IMG/VR virus record: IMGVR_UViG_3300025158_000681 | DNA length: 38,905 nt | Direction: 5' to 3' (one strand) | Source of the DNA: a virus | Shown: positions 28,294 through 38,078 of the stretch, in pieces | How the letters are laid out: every line of letters starts with the position of its first letter | Numbering within the stretch: position 1 is the first letter of the stretch | Program-made: the position numbers and the translations under genes | The notes under the pieces: generated by a model | What the model was told of the DNA's origin: nothing | The model's input: only the letters and a program-made list of their open reading frames with translations | Databases searched by the model: none

Positions 28294-28518
28294 TTATTTT
28301 TTCTCTACTAAAATCAAATAACTTTGACCCTTACCACCACGTTTTAAACCAGTATTTTGATTCCTCCCACATGGTGTTGCCCACTCATCTAAAGCCTTAA
28401 TAAACTCACTATATACAGCATCTCTTTTTTCATTGTTGGAAAAAACCATTGTTCCTGAACGAGACTCTTCTTTGTTTTTTGCTCCAAGTAACCACAATCT
28501 TTCTGTTTGAATATTCAT
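28294..28518 (-). CDS. Hypothetical protein; frame extends upstream without a start codon
   Basis: ORF track. Confidence 0.5.
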   Translation of the reverse strand: MNIQTERLWLLGAKNKEESRSGTMVFSNNEKRDAVYSEFIKALDEWATPCGRNQNTGLKRGGKGQSYLILVEKK

Positions 28519-28595
28519 TCTACTGCGAGAAATTACCTCATATCCATTACTTGCAATAAACTTAAAATATTCACCATCATCATCTCCACAATATG

Positions 28596-28700
28596 TTACT
28601 TGAAAGAAGTATCAACTGAACCAATCGCTTCACTAGCATTAGCAATTCCAAGGCTTGAAGTAGCAAGAATTACAGACAATAAAATATTTTTAATTTTCAT
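28596..28700 (-). pseudogene. CreA-like N-terminal fragment (signal peptide + IGSVDTSFK*)
   Basis: MKIKNILLSVILATSSLGIANASEAIGSVDTSFK* resembles the CreA start AEEIGSVDTVFK. Confidence 0.4.
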
Positions 28701-28815
28701 GATTTCCTTTTTTATTAAATAAGAGTATATTACTTTGATGTATTTATTCTAACATGAATTGCATCTAAATAATTCAGTTGCTTGCAAGTATTTTTATTTA
28801 CTAACAAGTAACATC

Positions 28816-29076
28816 TTAATCTTGTTCTTTTTCTTTTTTAGTTGAATTTTTTATTTCTTCAATTTCTTTTTTTGAATATTCATAATTCCAACCACCATAA
28901 TTCCAGGTGCTAAATGTTGCCTTTGATGTTGCAATCATATGATTTGGCATTTCTTTATGTGTTCCAGAAAACCATTCTTCCTCAAAAGCACATGACATTT
29001 TTGCAAGCTCATGCTCATAACTTAATTGATAAACCCACCAAGGTAATACATTATTAAAGCTCATTATTAATTCCAT
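28816..29076 (-). CDS. Hypothetical protein
   Basis: ORF track. Confidence 0.6.
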   Translation of the reverse strand: MELIMSFNNVLPWWVYQLSYEHELAKMSCAFEEEWFSGTHKEMPNHMIATSKATFSTWNYGGWNYEYSKKEIEEIKNSTKKEKEQD

Positions 29077-29419
29077 TTTTAAAATATAGATATGGCAATC
29101 CGTGTTTATAACTTAAATATTCCCAATCACCATTGCAATCACTTCCATCCATAATCCAGATTAATGCTCGTTCACGAGTAATTGCTCCGGTATCTTTGAA
29201 CATCGCCACTAGCTTTTCAAATTCTTCAATGGCAATCTTTTCCCGATGAACATCTTCTTCATTTGATAGTTCTAATGAAATTAATAAATTGTCCCACTTT
29301 TCTTGTTTTTTATCATCATTAGACTCTTTCCATTCACACCAAAAATCAACACTTGGACGAAATCCAAATGCATCTTTATGTAAATCAGAAACAATATTAT
29401 CATCAAAAGTATAAGTCAT
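29054..29419 (-). CDS. Conserved phage hypothetical (SDLHKDAFGFRP)
   Basis: Motif recognition. Confidence 0.7.
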   Translation of the reverse strand: MTYTFDDNIVSDLHKDAFGFRPSVDFWCEWKESNDDKKQEKWDNLLISLELSNEEDVHREKIAIEEFEKLVAMFKDTGAITRERALIWIMDGSDCNGDWEYLSYKHGLPYLYFKNGINNEL

Positions 29420-29585
29420 AATTATTTTTGTTCGTTGATATATTCTTATTATATCATTAAACTTGAGTTCAATTAATCAAATTTAAAATTTAAGGCAAAT
29501 ATTTGTTTTATATATTTCCACTCTAATTGAAATCTCCAAAAAACTCCTTGTGTTATTGGTTGACGAATAAAATCAAAAGTCTCAC

Positions 29586-29855
29586 TTATATTTTTTGATG
29601 GAACAACATTTGTATCAATATCTGTTGATCTGACAAAAAGCTAGAAATTGCTACTGTTGTTTTTATATGACCAACAATTAAAATTAAACTTACTGAAATT
29701 GCTATTAATTTAATAATTATTCCATAGTTTTTTTCTTGAATGCTATCAAGCCAAAAACCTAAAACAAACAACAATAACATAAAGAAAAACTCTAATTTCA
29801 CTAAAAGAATTGAACCCAATAGGACACCTAATTTATAACTTATATTCACAAGCAA
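29586..29855 (-). CDS. Hypothetical membrane protein
   Basis: Hydrophobic ORF. Confidence 0.5.
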   Translation of the reverse strand: MLVNISYKLGVLLGSILLVKLEFFFMLLLFVLGFWLDSIQEKNYGIIIKLIAISVSLILIVGHIKTTVAISSFLSDQQILIQMLFHQKI

Positions 29856-29906
29856 ACTCCATTAATTTATTAATATTCTATATCTATTACTTAAAACACG
29901 ATTCAA

Positions 29907-30377
29907 TTAATTTTGCTCATAACCTAAATAATCATTATCATGATTTACACCTATAATTTTTTCTTTTGGCTGCCATGTAAATTGCCTACCTATCGTCATG
30001 TGTAGTCTAAAATCTGTGCGTAAATTTAACTCACGACGAATATCAACTAATTCTTTAGAATATACTGTTAAAGACCAAAATCCCAATGTCTTTCCAATTG
30101 TCCTGGATTATATCTTACCGTTAATTGTTTATTTTCATACTTTAACCCAACAGGATTTTCACCATTAACCTCTTGTGGTCTAATTACTGTAATATGAGTT
30201 CCAAATAATGGAGATTGTAGCTTTAGCCAACCTCCATACTTCTTCTTAATTAACCATTGATAATATTCAGTTAAATTTTCACCAGGTGTATCTAGAATTA
30301 AATTTTTTTGTTGATCTTCCCTGGTTAACACAGGTCTGACCTGGACTATAAAGAAGTGTGCCTTGAATTGATAACAT
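29907..30377 (-). pseudogene. 2H phosphoesterase-like gene with two frameshifts
   Basis: Rejoined frames give about 155 aa with GTHITVIR and RLHMTIGR (two HxT motifs). Confidence 0.65.
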
Positions 30378-30525
30378 ATTAATAAGGTTAAAAATTATTT
30401 ATTTAAACATTCCTCATCTACACCACAAACGTTGGATAACTCTGATAAATCAAAATAAGCTTCGTTGCTTTTTGTTTTTATAACATTTTTTAATGCATCA
30501 ATAAATTTCATCTTTTTTCATCCAC

Positions 30526-30726
30526 TTATTTATTTCCAGATCTTATCATTTTTTTAACAATTTCAATTTCAGATAACATATCTGATAATTTTGATTTCAT
30601 TTTTTCATATGTAATATTATCTTCTTCATTACTTTTCCCAGTAACTATCTTAAAGTAAAAACTACTACATAAATTCTTTTGCTTTTCTAATTCTTTTTCC
30701 ATTAAAATTAATCTATCTTTCAACAT
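30526..30726 (-). CDS. Hypothetical protein
   Basis: ORF track. Confidence 0.55.
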   Translation of the reverse strand: MLKDRLILMEKELEKQKNLCSSFYFKIVTGKSNEEDNITYEKMKSKLSDMLSEIEIVKKMIRSGNK

Positions 30727-30741
30727 ATTTCTTCCTTTATT

Positions 30742-31053
30742 TTATTCAAATTTAATTAAAATAATACTATAATCACTAATAACTTCTAACCATTTTTGAT
30801 TTCCAAAATCACGACCATATTTACAATTATTGATTTCAACAAGTAAATCTTCAAAATTTTTGATTTCACCTGTATTATCGTATCTACCACGAAATAGACA
30901 CTTTTCTCCATCATAAGAAATCCACAAAGGACTTTTCATTCCTGTATTCATATCGTACCAGACGATACCAGTACTTTTATCTTTAATCATCGTGATTTCG
31001 ATTTCATTATCTAAAACATCTACTAACATTTCATCAAACTCTAATTTATTCAT
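30742..31053 (-). CDS. Hypothetical protein
   Basis: ORF track, SD aagga. Confidence 0.65.
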   Translation of the reverse strand: MNKLEFDEMLVDVLDNEIEITMIKDKSTGIVWYDMNTGMKSPLWISYDGEKCLFRGRYDNTGEIKNFEDLLVEINNCKYGRDFGNQKWLEVISDYSIILIKFE

Positions 31054-31104
31054 TTTAAATCCTTAAGTGTTAATATCCTAGACATTATAACATATTAAGT
31101 GTTT

Positions 31105-31431
31105 CTATTCTTCTTTTTTTGGTTTCCATAATTTTGCAAATTTTAGAACATTTGGTAAATTACTATTTTCAACTGGACAAACAACAGCACAAGACTTACG
31201 AGCCTCTAGGGTATTATTTTCATGCCCTAAATGAACATTGGGTAGTTGTGATATCTTATCAAATTCTTTCTGATTAACTCTCACTACACATTTCTTAAAT
31301 GATTCATTAAACCATCTCTTATACATAGAATCATCTTGAAATTTTATGTGGGCTGATAGTATTGAATGTGCTACTAAAGTTGGTGTCATGTAATCAGGAA
31401 ATTCATCCAATACTGCTATATAAAGTTTCAT
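31105..31431 (-). CDS. Peptidyl-tRNA hydrolase PTH2-like protein
   Basis: KLYIAV...VAHSILSA...W...SFKKCVVRVNQKEF pattern of the PTH2 fold. Confidence 0.55.
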   Translation of the reverse strand: MKLYIAVLDEFPDYMTPTLVAHSILSAHIKFQDDSMYKRWFNESFKKCVVRVNQKEFDKISQLPNVHLGHENNTLEARKSCAVVCPVENSNLPNVLKFAKLWKPKKEE

Positions 31432-31499
31432 ATTTTAATTCCAATGTTTTTGTTTCAAATAATATACCATAACATTACAGATAATCAATACAATATTTT

Positions 31500-31724
31500 T
31501 TAGTATTTATAATGATTACAAATAAACTTAGTCATTGGTAGTAATTGAATATCATCTAACGATTCTGCCCTTAACATATGAAGAGCTATTTGAGCATCAA
31601 CCCAATCTTTACCCACTATTGGTAACATATAGAACTCAATTTCTTCAATATCTTCAAGATACCACATAACATCTGCATGCTTCATTTGGTTATCTGTTAA
31701 ATCATCAATTCTAATGTAGTTCAT
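31500..31724 (-). CDS. Hypothetical protein
   Basis: ORF track. Confidence 0.6.
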   Translation of the reverse strand: MNYIRIDDLTDNQMKHADVMWYLEDIEEIEFYMLPIVGKDWVDAQIALHMLRAESLDDIQLLPMTKFICNHYKY

Positions 31725-31768
31725 ATTTTTCCTGTAATTGTATTAATAAAAATTCTTACAAAATATAA

Positions 31769-32140
31769 TTAACGATAGTGGGTTAGTAGATAAAAATCCG
31801 GCTTCACATTTAAAGTCGTTCCAAAAACTTTAATGATTTCTCCTTCTACATTTTTCTTTACTTTTGAACTTACCTTTGGCATTTTTGTTGTTTGAATATG
31901 CTCATAATTCTTGGATTTTTTAAAAATTTTACCAAAAAAATTATAGTTACCATCCATTCCATCAGAAATAATAGAACAACCATTAATTTCTACAACTTTT
32001 TCATCAAAAGCTGAATCATGATATTTATCAAATAAATCATCTTTTTCATCCATAGAATACTTCTGATTTAATGCCAACTCTGAAGTGTTAAATGGTAACA
32101 TATATCCATAACACAAATATTGATTTACTTGAACACTCAT
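31769..32140 (-). CDS. Hypothetical protein
   Basis: ORF track, SD aggag. Confidence 0.7.
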   Translation of the reverse strand: MSVQVNQYLCYGYMLPFNTSELALNQKYSMDEKDDLFDKYHDSAFDEKVVEINGCSIISDGMDGNYNFFGKIFKKSKNYEHIQTTKMPKVSSKVKKNVEGEIIKVFGTTLNVKPDFYLLTHYR

Positions 32141-32154
32141 TTTTATCTCCTAGT

Positions 32155-32838
32155 TTATTTTCTACCGTAATCAGCAGGAATCTCACCCCATTGTTTTGTT
32201 TCCCATTTTAAAATTTCACCATCAGATATTAATTGTTGGTTTTCATTTAAAAACTTTTCTGCCTTGCTGATTAAGTCATCTAATTCATGTGTGGCTTTTC
32301 CTGTCTGATTAGCTGTTGTATTCGCTTTGCACTTACGACACCAAGCCATTGCTGTGACTGAATCTGTATAAATCTTAATTGGCAAACCTTTATCTTTTAA
32401 ATATTTAATAGAAAAAACTAAGCCTAAAAATTCAGCAATATTATTTGTTCCACCTTGATATACCTTTGATGAAAAAGCCCTTTCATTACTAGGATGCCAC
32501 ACTGCTTGAAACTCACAATTTAAACCATTAGATGCTCCATCTACAGTTAAAAAACCATCTAGTGGAACATTTTCTTGTTCCATACTTTTTACTTTTGTTA
32601 TTTCTTCTTTTTTTGTTGAGCTTGAATTTTTACCATAATATCCAGAATTAAACTCAATTAATGCTTGCTCTTTTGTAGGTGAAATTAACTTTTTGTATTG
32701 TGCTCCAGCAAATTTTTCTGTTTGCAATTTACAATCATTCCAATTGTCGTATACACCTGTAACTCTACCAACCCAAACACCATAAAATTGTGCCATAATT
32801 AACTCACTATAAATAATATAGGGTAAATTATAGCTCAT
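32155..32838 (-). CDS. rnhA: RNase H1 with N-terminal viroplasmin/hybrid-binding domain
   Basis: FYGVWVGRVTGVYDNW..C...F.GA.YK; VDGA, TNNIAEFLGLV, IYTDSVTAMAW, KWETKQWGEIPADYGRK. Confidence 0.9.
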   Translation of the reverse strand: MSYNLPYIIYSELIMAQFYGVWVGRVTGVYDNWNDCKLQTEKFAGAQYKKLISPTKEQALIEFNSGYYGKNSSSTKKEEITKVKSMEQENVPLDGFLTVDGASNGLNCEFQAVWHPSNERAFSSKVYQGGTNNIAEFLGLVFSIKYLKDKGLPIKIYTDSVTAMAWCRKCKANTTANQTGKATHELDDLISKAEKFLNENQQLISDGEILKWETKQWGEIPADYGRK

Positions 32839-32875
32839 TTTTTATTTTTTGTCACTTAATTTAAAGCAACAGTTA

Positions 32876-33067
32876 TCATGGAAACCCATCATGTATCACA
32901 CCATCCAAATAGCGACCACATGCTTTTTTACCAATATGAAACATAACTGTATCTACAAATTTACCATCAGGTTTACGACCATCAATTTCAACATAATGAA
33001 TCTTGTTTTTACGTTCTTCATCCTCATTCAATTCAACATAAGCCCACTCTCCCCATTGTTTAAACAA
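32876..33067 (-). CDS. Hypothetical protein (5' end probably frameshifted)
   Basis: ORF track. Confidence 0.45.
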   Translation of the reverse strand: MFKQWGEWAYVELNEDEERKNKIHYVEIDGRKPDGKFVDTVMFHIGKKACGRYLDGVIHDGFP

Positions 33068-33214
33068 AAATGGAACTCCGGCCTCATTACATTGATTTCT
33101 TAAGCTACGCCCCCAGCTTGGATTAAAGATTTAATAGAAAGCCCCACAAAAATCAACAATATTTCGGCTGTGCTTGTTTATTTAATGGCTTATTTGGAGT
33201 CGTTGATGATTTGT

Positions 33215-33775
33215 TTAAGGAATAATTGATTTTACTTTAATTGAAATAGGCTTAATACTTCCCAATTTCCCCCAAGTTATATCATAGGCATTAAACCCAA
33301 TATGATAAACATAATTAAAAGCATGTAATCTTTCAACAAAATCCATCGGAACCATACTTTTTGTTTCATTAATAATATATTTCCACAAATCAGGATCTAA
33401 ATCTTCCCAATCGGCTTCGTTATTTTTTTCATTAGTTAATTTTAAAGAACCAATTTTTGCCGCAAGTCGCAAGATTGCATGTCCTTCATCAACTCCTTTT
33501 TCTTCTCCCCAAAATTCTTTAATTGAAGAATTCTTGTTAATTTGTTTCCATACTGTGTGTTTTGAAAAATCAATTGTCATTCCAAGGGTTTTTGCTAGAT
33601 TGTATTTTGCACTAATATTGGTTAGAGGATTCCACCAATCACTTCCAACTGCACCATTTGGTGCAATCCCACAACTCACTGTGTCATTACTATCTTTCCA
33701 ATGTTGATATTCTCCTTTTATTCCAGCCGCATTAGCTGCTAGTTCTAAAAGTTCTTTATTAACTTGATTAATCAT
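33215..33775 (-). CDS. Conserved phage hypothetical (ELLELAA.AAG...WNPL family), apparently fused
   Basis: Motif recognition. Confidence 0.7.
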   Translation of the reverse strand: MINQVNKELLELAANAAGIKGEYQHWKDSNDTVSCGIAPNGAVGSDWWNPLTNISAKYNLAKTLGMTIDFSKHTVWKQINKNSSIKEFWGEEKGVDEGHAILRLAAKIGSLKLTNEKNNEADWEDLDPDLWKYIINETKSMVPMDFVERLHAFNYVYHIGFNAYDITWGKLGSIKPISIKVKSIIP

Positions 33776-34104
33776 AATAGCCCTTCCACAAAATTGTGTT
33801 GGTTTCTTAATTAGAAATTTAATTTATTCAAAATCTTTTTTCTTATTTCCGTTTGCACGAGATTGATGATGAAAATCTTGTTTTTTATTTTTACGATTTT
33901 TACAAATCCCATCATCAAATGCACGATTTTGCTTTTTTGTTTTAACGAATGATTCTGTATAAGATTGGTTCATTTTGTTTAATTACTTTGTTTGTTGCGA
34001 TAAATCTATTATAGCATCTTTTTTACATAATTTTTCTTCTTAGATTAATTTAGATAGTTTATTTTCTTGATATTTCTCACACTTATTAATATAGTCTAGA
34101 TTGA

Positions 34105-34323
34105 TTAGTTTAAATCAGCACATTCATCATACTCAAAAAATTCTCTAATTTTATTTCCAGGAGATGTATCGAAATGTTCTATATCAATTTGAATACATTT
34201 TTCAATAATTAACATTGCAAAATTTTCCATCATTGCTACGTATCTAGGTCCCAAATCTTCAAATGGTTGTAGTCCTGCGCGGGTTGCAATATCTATAAGT
34301 TGTTTATTTACAATATTCTCCAA
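34105..34323 (-). CDS. Small phage hypothetical (FA.LII.KC family)
   Basis: ORF track. Confidence 0.6.
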   Translation of the reverse strand: MENIVNKQLIDIATRAGLQPFEDLGPRYVAMMENFAMLIIEKCIQIDIEHFDTSPGNKIREFFEYDECADLN

Positions 34324-34349
34324 TAATTTATATTATTTATTATTTTTAT

Positions 34350-34498
34350 TTACTTATTTAGTTTTTCTTGATATTTTCTATGTTCTATAATGGCATTCTC
34401 TATTTTCCATTTCCCAAGCTCAAGGAATTTTATTGCTTCTTTTTCTGAAGCACCTGTTCTGAGACAAAACTATATTACATTAGCTTTGTTTTTTTCAT
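34350..34498 (-). pseudogene. UBA-like three-helix protein remnant
   Basis: I*FCLRTGASEKEAIKFLELGKWKIENAI; frameshift in an A-run plus an in-frame TAG. Confidence 0.4.
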
Positions 34499-34536
34499 TA
34501 GTTGTTCCTAACTATCACTATGGCTAACTTTAATTT

Positions 34537-34950
34537 TTAGTTAATATATTGATAAGGCTTATCCCAATTACCAACATTAATTGAAAGATACCAACCAATA
34601 TCAAAACAATCGCTTTGGATGTCGCTGTTATCATGGTTTCCAAGATTCATTGCTTCTTTCAAATCCATCATAAAATCTAATGCTGTTTCACTATAATTTT
34701 CTTTAATTGAAAATTCGTTAACTTGCATGTAAGTTGGCTTAACTTTATTCTTATCATAATATGATTTTGGCTTTTTAATGGCAATATCATACATATTCCC
34801 AATTAGATCAATTTTGCCAGATTTGATGTTGCACACAAGTGTTGAATGATTTTTCACACCAATTGTTCCTTTCATTCCGTACTTTTTTAGCACTTCCTTG
34901 ATAGCAGGAGCAAGTTTTGCCTTAGTTTCTTGTGACATGTATGCCATCAT
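34537..34950 (-). CDS. LPD29-like phage protein
   Basis: N.GNHDNSDIQSDCFDIGWY resembles the NxDxSDxMTDYF motif. Confidence 0.55.
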   Translation of the reverse strand: MMAYMSQETKAKLAPAIKEVLKKYGMKGTIGVKNHSTLVCNIKSGKIDLIGNMYDIAIKKPKSYYDKNKVKPTYMQVNEFSIKENYSETALDFMMDLKEAMNLGNHDNSDIQSDCFDIGWYLSINVGNWDKPYQYIN

Positions 34951-35125
34951 TTTTCCTTGGTGTGTTTCTATGTGTTTATTATACTATACTTTTTTATAGT
35001 TTTTATTTATTTCCAATTATCTTTTTAATAGCATCAGGTAGATAGTCTCTCATTTTACTATTTTTTTTGATTTAAAAAATATTTTTTGATATAATTACAT
35101 TAGCCTAATAAAAAGATAATTACAA

Positions 35126-36232
35126 ATGAATGTTCATTCTAAATTTAATAATAAACTACTAGATTTCCTTAGCCGCAGTAATATAGGAGTTTTATATTTT
35201 TTTAAAAATGATACTGAACATTTATTTGTTGGTTCTATATATAGTGAACAATTTAAATCTTTTTTACCTCATCCTGAGTGTTTCAGTATTCAAAATAAAT
35301 CTAGTGATTTTTTGTTTTCTAACTTAGATATTAATAAATCTTTATTTGAACAAAAAACTAATTCAGGTAAAATTTTCAAACTTGGATTTGAAAATTCATT
35401 AATTCAGCCATTTATTAATAGTGTCTTAAATTCAGATGATACTGAAATTAAAGATTATTTAATTGATAATGCTCACCTTATTGGTAGAAAAGATTTATTT
35501 TTATATAATGCAGATACGCCTAAGTCTTTAATAAGTATAATGAAAATGAAACATATTGATACTAATGATTCAGGTAATAAAATATATAGAGCAAATGTTC
35601 TTAGTCTTCCTTTGTTTAATGTTGTTTTAGCTAAACTTAAATCAACGGATATAGATTTTACTTCTCAGTTGAAATGTTTTTTAACTCCATATATTAATAA
35701 TTTTAAGAAAGAAGAATATTCTAGTACAATTATTCTTTTAATTAAAGATAAGTTTCCTTTACAAGTTGAAGAGTTTAAAAATTTTTTAAACATAAATAAA
35801 AAACCTAATTCTCTTATAAATATAAGCACCTCTCTCGTTTCTATTCAATATTCTAAAAAAGAACTATATAATTTGGCTAAAGTTAATAAAGTTATTAATA
35901 AAGACCAATTTTGGAATACTTTTAAATTAGTTGAAACTTTTTTGAATAAAAATAAAAAAGAAATTGGAATTAATTATGTTATTATTAATGGATATAAGGA
36001 TACTGATGATTCTTTCAATATAATTATTGAAAAAAATGAAAAATTTAAAATTAGTAATTTAATGACCAGTACTTTTTTATTGAAGGTTTACACTTTGTTT
36101 TTTGGTCATGAAAAATCATATAAATTAAATAAGTTAGATATAGATAATGGATTGTCTATTTTTAGGTATGTATCACTTAATAGTAATATGGATAACAATA
36201 ATTCTAATCCTAAGATAATAGTTAAAATTTAA
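35126..36232 (+). CDS. Hypothetical protein
   Basis: 368-aa ORF after TGnTATAAT. Confidence 0.75.
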   Translation: MNVHSKFNNKLLDFLSRSNIGVLYFFKNDTEHLFVGSIYSEQFKSFLPHPECFSIQNKSSDFLFSNLDINKSLFEQKTNSGKIFKLGFENSLIQPFINSVLNSDDTEIKDYLIDNAHLIGRKDLFLYNADTPKSLISIMKMKHIDTNDSGNKIYRANVLSLPLFNVVLAKLKSTDIDFTSQLKCFLTPYINNFKKEEYSSTIILLIKDKFPLQVEEFKNFLNINKKPNSLINISTSLVSIQYSKKELYNLAKVNKVINKDQFWNTFKLVETFLNKNKKEIGINYVIINGYKDTDDSFNIIIEKNEKFKISNLMTSTFLLKVYTLFFGHEKSYKLNKLDIDNGLSIFRYVSLNSNMDNNNSNPKIIVKI

Positions 36233-36312
36233 AATTTAAATATTTTATTCTTCAAAGTGTTTTTTTATTACAACCCACACTTTTGATTTTTTTTAAAAGC
36301 AAAATTTATATT

Positions 36313-36546
36313 TTATTTCACTGCTAGAATGTCGGCAAGTATTCTTTTTAACTCATCAATGTTTATTTTTAGCATCTCAATTGTTACATGCCAAGTTTCG
36401 TATAGTTTTTGGTATGCATCCATTTCACGAGAAAGTGATTGTTGCATATCACTATAATTTGCAAGGAGAATATTCTTTCCTGCAATTGTGTTTTCAAGAT
36501 TTGCAATAACCTTATTTAGTGTCATGTTTTCCCTTTGATTTGCCAC
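36313..36546 (-). CDS. Hypothetical coiled-coil protein
   Basis: ORF track. Confidence 0.6.
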   Translation of the reverse strand: MANQRENMTLNKVIANLENTIAGKNILLANYSDMQQSLSREMDAYQKLYETWHVTIEMLKINIDELKRILADILAVK

Positions 36547-36581
36547 TATTATAACATAATTAATAGCCTAAATTAGAATTT

Positions 36582-37409
36582 TTACATTTTTGGCTTATGG
36601 AGCTTATCTTTTACTTCTACCTCTAATTGAAAACACTTATCGAAACTTATATTTTGAGATAAATCATATAGTTTACTCATGCCTCTTGGATTGCAGATAA
36701 CATTTGTTCCTTCTACATTGTAGTTAAATGAACTATGAGTATGACCATGAACCCAATAGTCACAGAACCCCATTAATTCTGGTAAGTTATTTACCCAATA
36801 TGCACTAGTTAGAACATCTTTAAAATGTTTTGACAATGATTCTATATGTGGTGCAAAATGTGTTACAACAAATTTTGTATTTTCTGTTTCGTTTACCATT
36901 AGTTCATATTTAATAAAATTATAACTTTTTATAAATTCAGTTTCCATATCTTTTGGTGTGATTGGAATATAGTTATTTTTTTCTATATCTGGATTCTTCT
37001 TATATATAGCATTGAAGTCCACAACATTTGTTTTGCACCAGGTCATAACCTCTTCTTTCCAATTATAACCTCCACCTTCAAAATTACTCCACAGTGTACT
37101 TCCAATGAAATGAATTCCTTCTATATCTATGGATTCATTTTGAAGAACATGTATATTGGGAAATTCTTTTGTAATCTCTCTAAGTTTATTTATAACATCA
37201 CTCATGCACTTACCTTCATATTCATGATTCCCTGGAACATAAATTACAGGCATATTTTCTGGAATATTGTAGTTGAAAAAGTTTGGCAATAAACTAAAGT
37301 CTTGGCTTATATCTCCAGCCAAAATTAAAACATCACAAGAAAGTTCTTCTAATTTCATATTAGAGACTTCTAAATGTAAATCACTTAGTATTCCTATTTT
37401 CTTTTTCAT
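36582..37409 (-). CDS. Calcineurin-like metallophosphoesterase
   Basis: SDLH, AGD, PGNHEY, THFAP, HGHTH motifs. Confidence 0.92.
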   Translation of the reverse strand: MKKKIGILSDLHLEVSNMKLEELSCDVLILAGDISQDFSLLPNFFNYNIPENMPVIYVPGNHEYEGKCMSDVINKLREITKEFPNIHVLQNESIDIEGIHFIGSTLWSNFEGGGYNWKEEVMTWCKTNVVDFNAIYKKNPDIEKNNYIPITPKDMETEFIKSYNFIKYELMVNETENTKFVVTHFAPHIESLSKHFKDVLTSAYWVNNLPELMGFCDYWVHGHTHSSFNYNVEGTNVICNPRGMSKLYDLSQNISFDKCFQLEVEVKDKLHKPKM

Positions 37410-37465
37410 ATTTTACTTTGTTTTATTATAGTGTAACACATTCAGTTATTTATTCCATACTTATG

Positions 37466-37996
37466 TTATATGTTATATAAAGTAGAAAACTGTTCATTTA
37501 TTTTCTCTAATTTTGGTAATATTATACTTTTACTAAAACCATCGTTTGGATTTTTATTATAATAGTTACAATCTGATTCTGGTGCAATCTTAAAAGTTTT
37601 TTGGTCTGCGATGTATTTTATTAATTTTGTCGTTACATCTGATTCAAATAATTTTTCTTTATTTACTTCCTTTATTTTTTCTTCAGCTATAGTTTTTTGC
37701 TTATCTGTTTCATAAATTATTGATGAACGATGATAATAAGAAAAGCAATCTTTCTTTATCCAACTGTTCATTGTTGGATTATGTATGCTATAGAATATAT
37801 TCAATATTTCTAATAAGCTTATTCCATCTTCATATTCTAATTTTACTGATTCTATTTTGTCTTCATCTCTAAATTTGAAATCATAATTGTGTAAATGGTA
37901 ATAACCACTCTCTACACTTAATATTCCATTTATTTTTTGATAGACTGCCTCTAAAGACCAAAAGCATGTCCCACTCAATATTATTTGTTCTTTCAT
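37466..37996 (-). CDS. msrA: Divergent peptide methionine sulfoxide reductase A
   Basis: GTCFWSLEAVY, HNPT, RSSIIY, NYY.KNP...I.PKL. Confidence 0.8.
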   Translation of the reverse strand: MKEQIILSGTCFWSLEAVYQKINGILSVESGYYHLHNYDFKFRDEDKIESVKLEYEDGISLLEILNIFYSIHNPTMNSWIKKDCFSYYHRSSIIYETDKQKTIAEEKIKEVNKEKLFESDVTTKLIKYIADQKTFKIAPESDCNYYNKNPNDGFSKSIILPKLEKINEQFSTLYNI

Positions 37997-38078
37997 TTTA
38001 TCCTCATATATTTTTTTAATTTTAATCTCTTTATTAATTTTGTCAAAAAATTATTTATCTTTTTTTATTTTTTTATTC

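Noticed and set aside
28507-28722. Plus-strand 71-aa ORF
   Set aside because: Shadow of the minus-strand creA-like fragment
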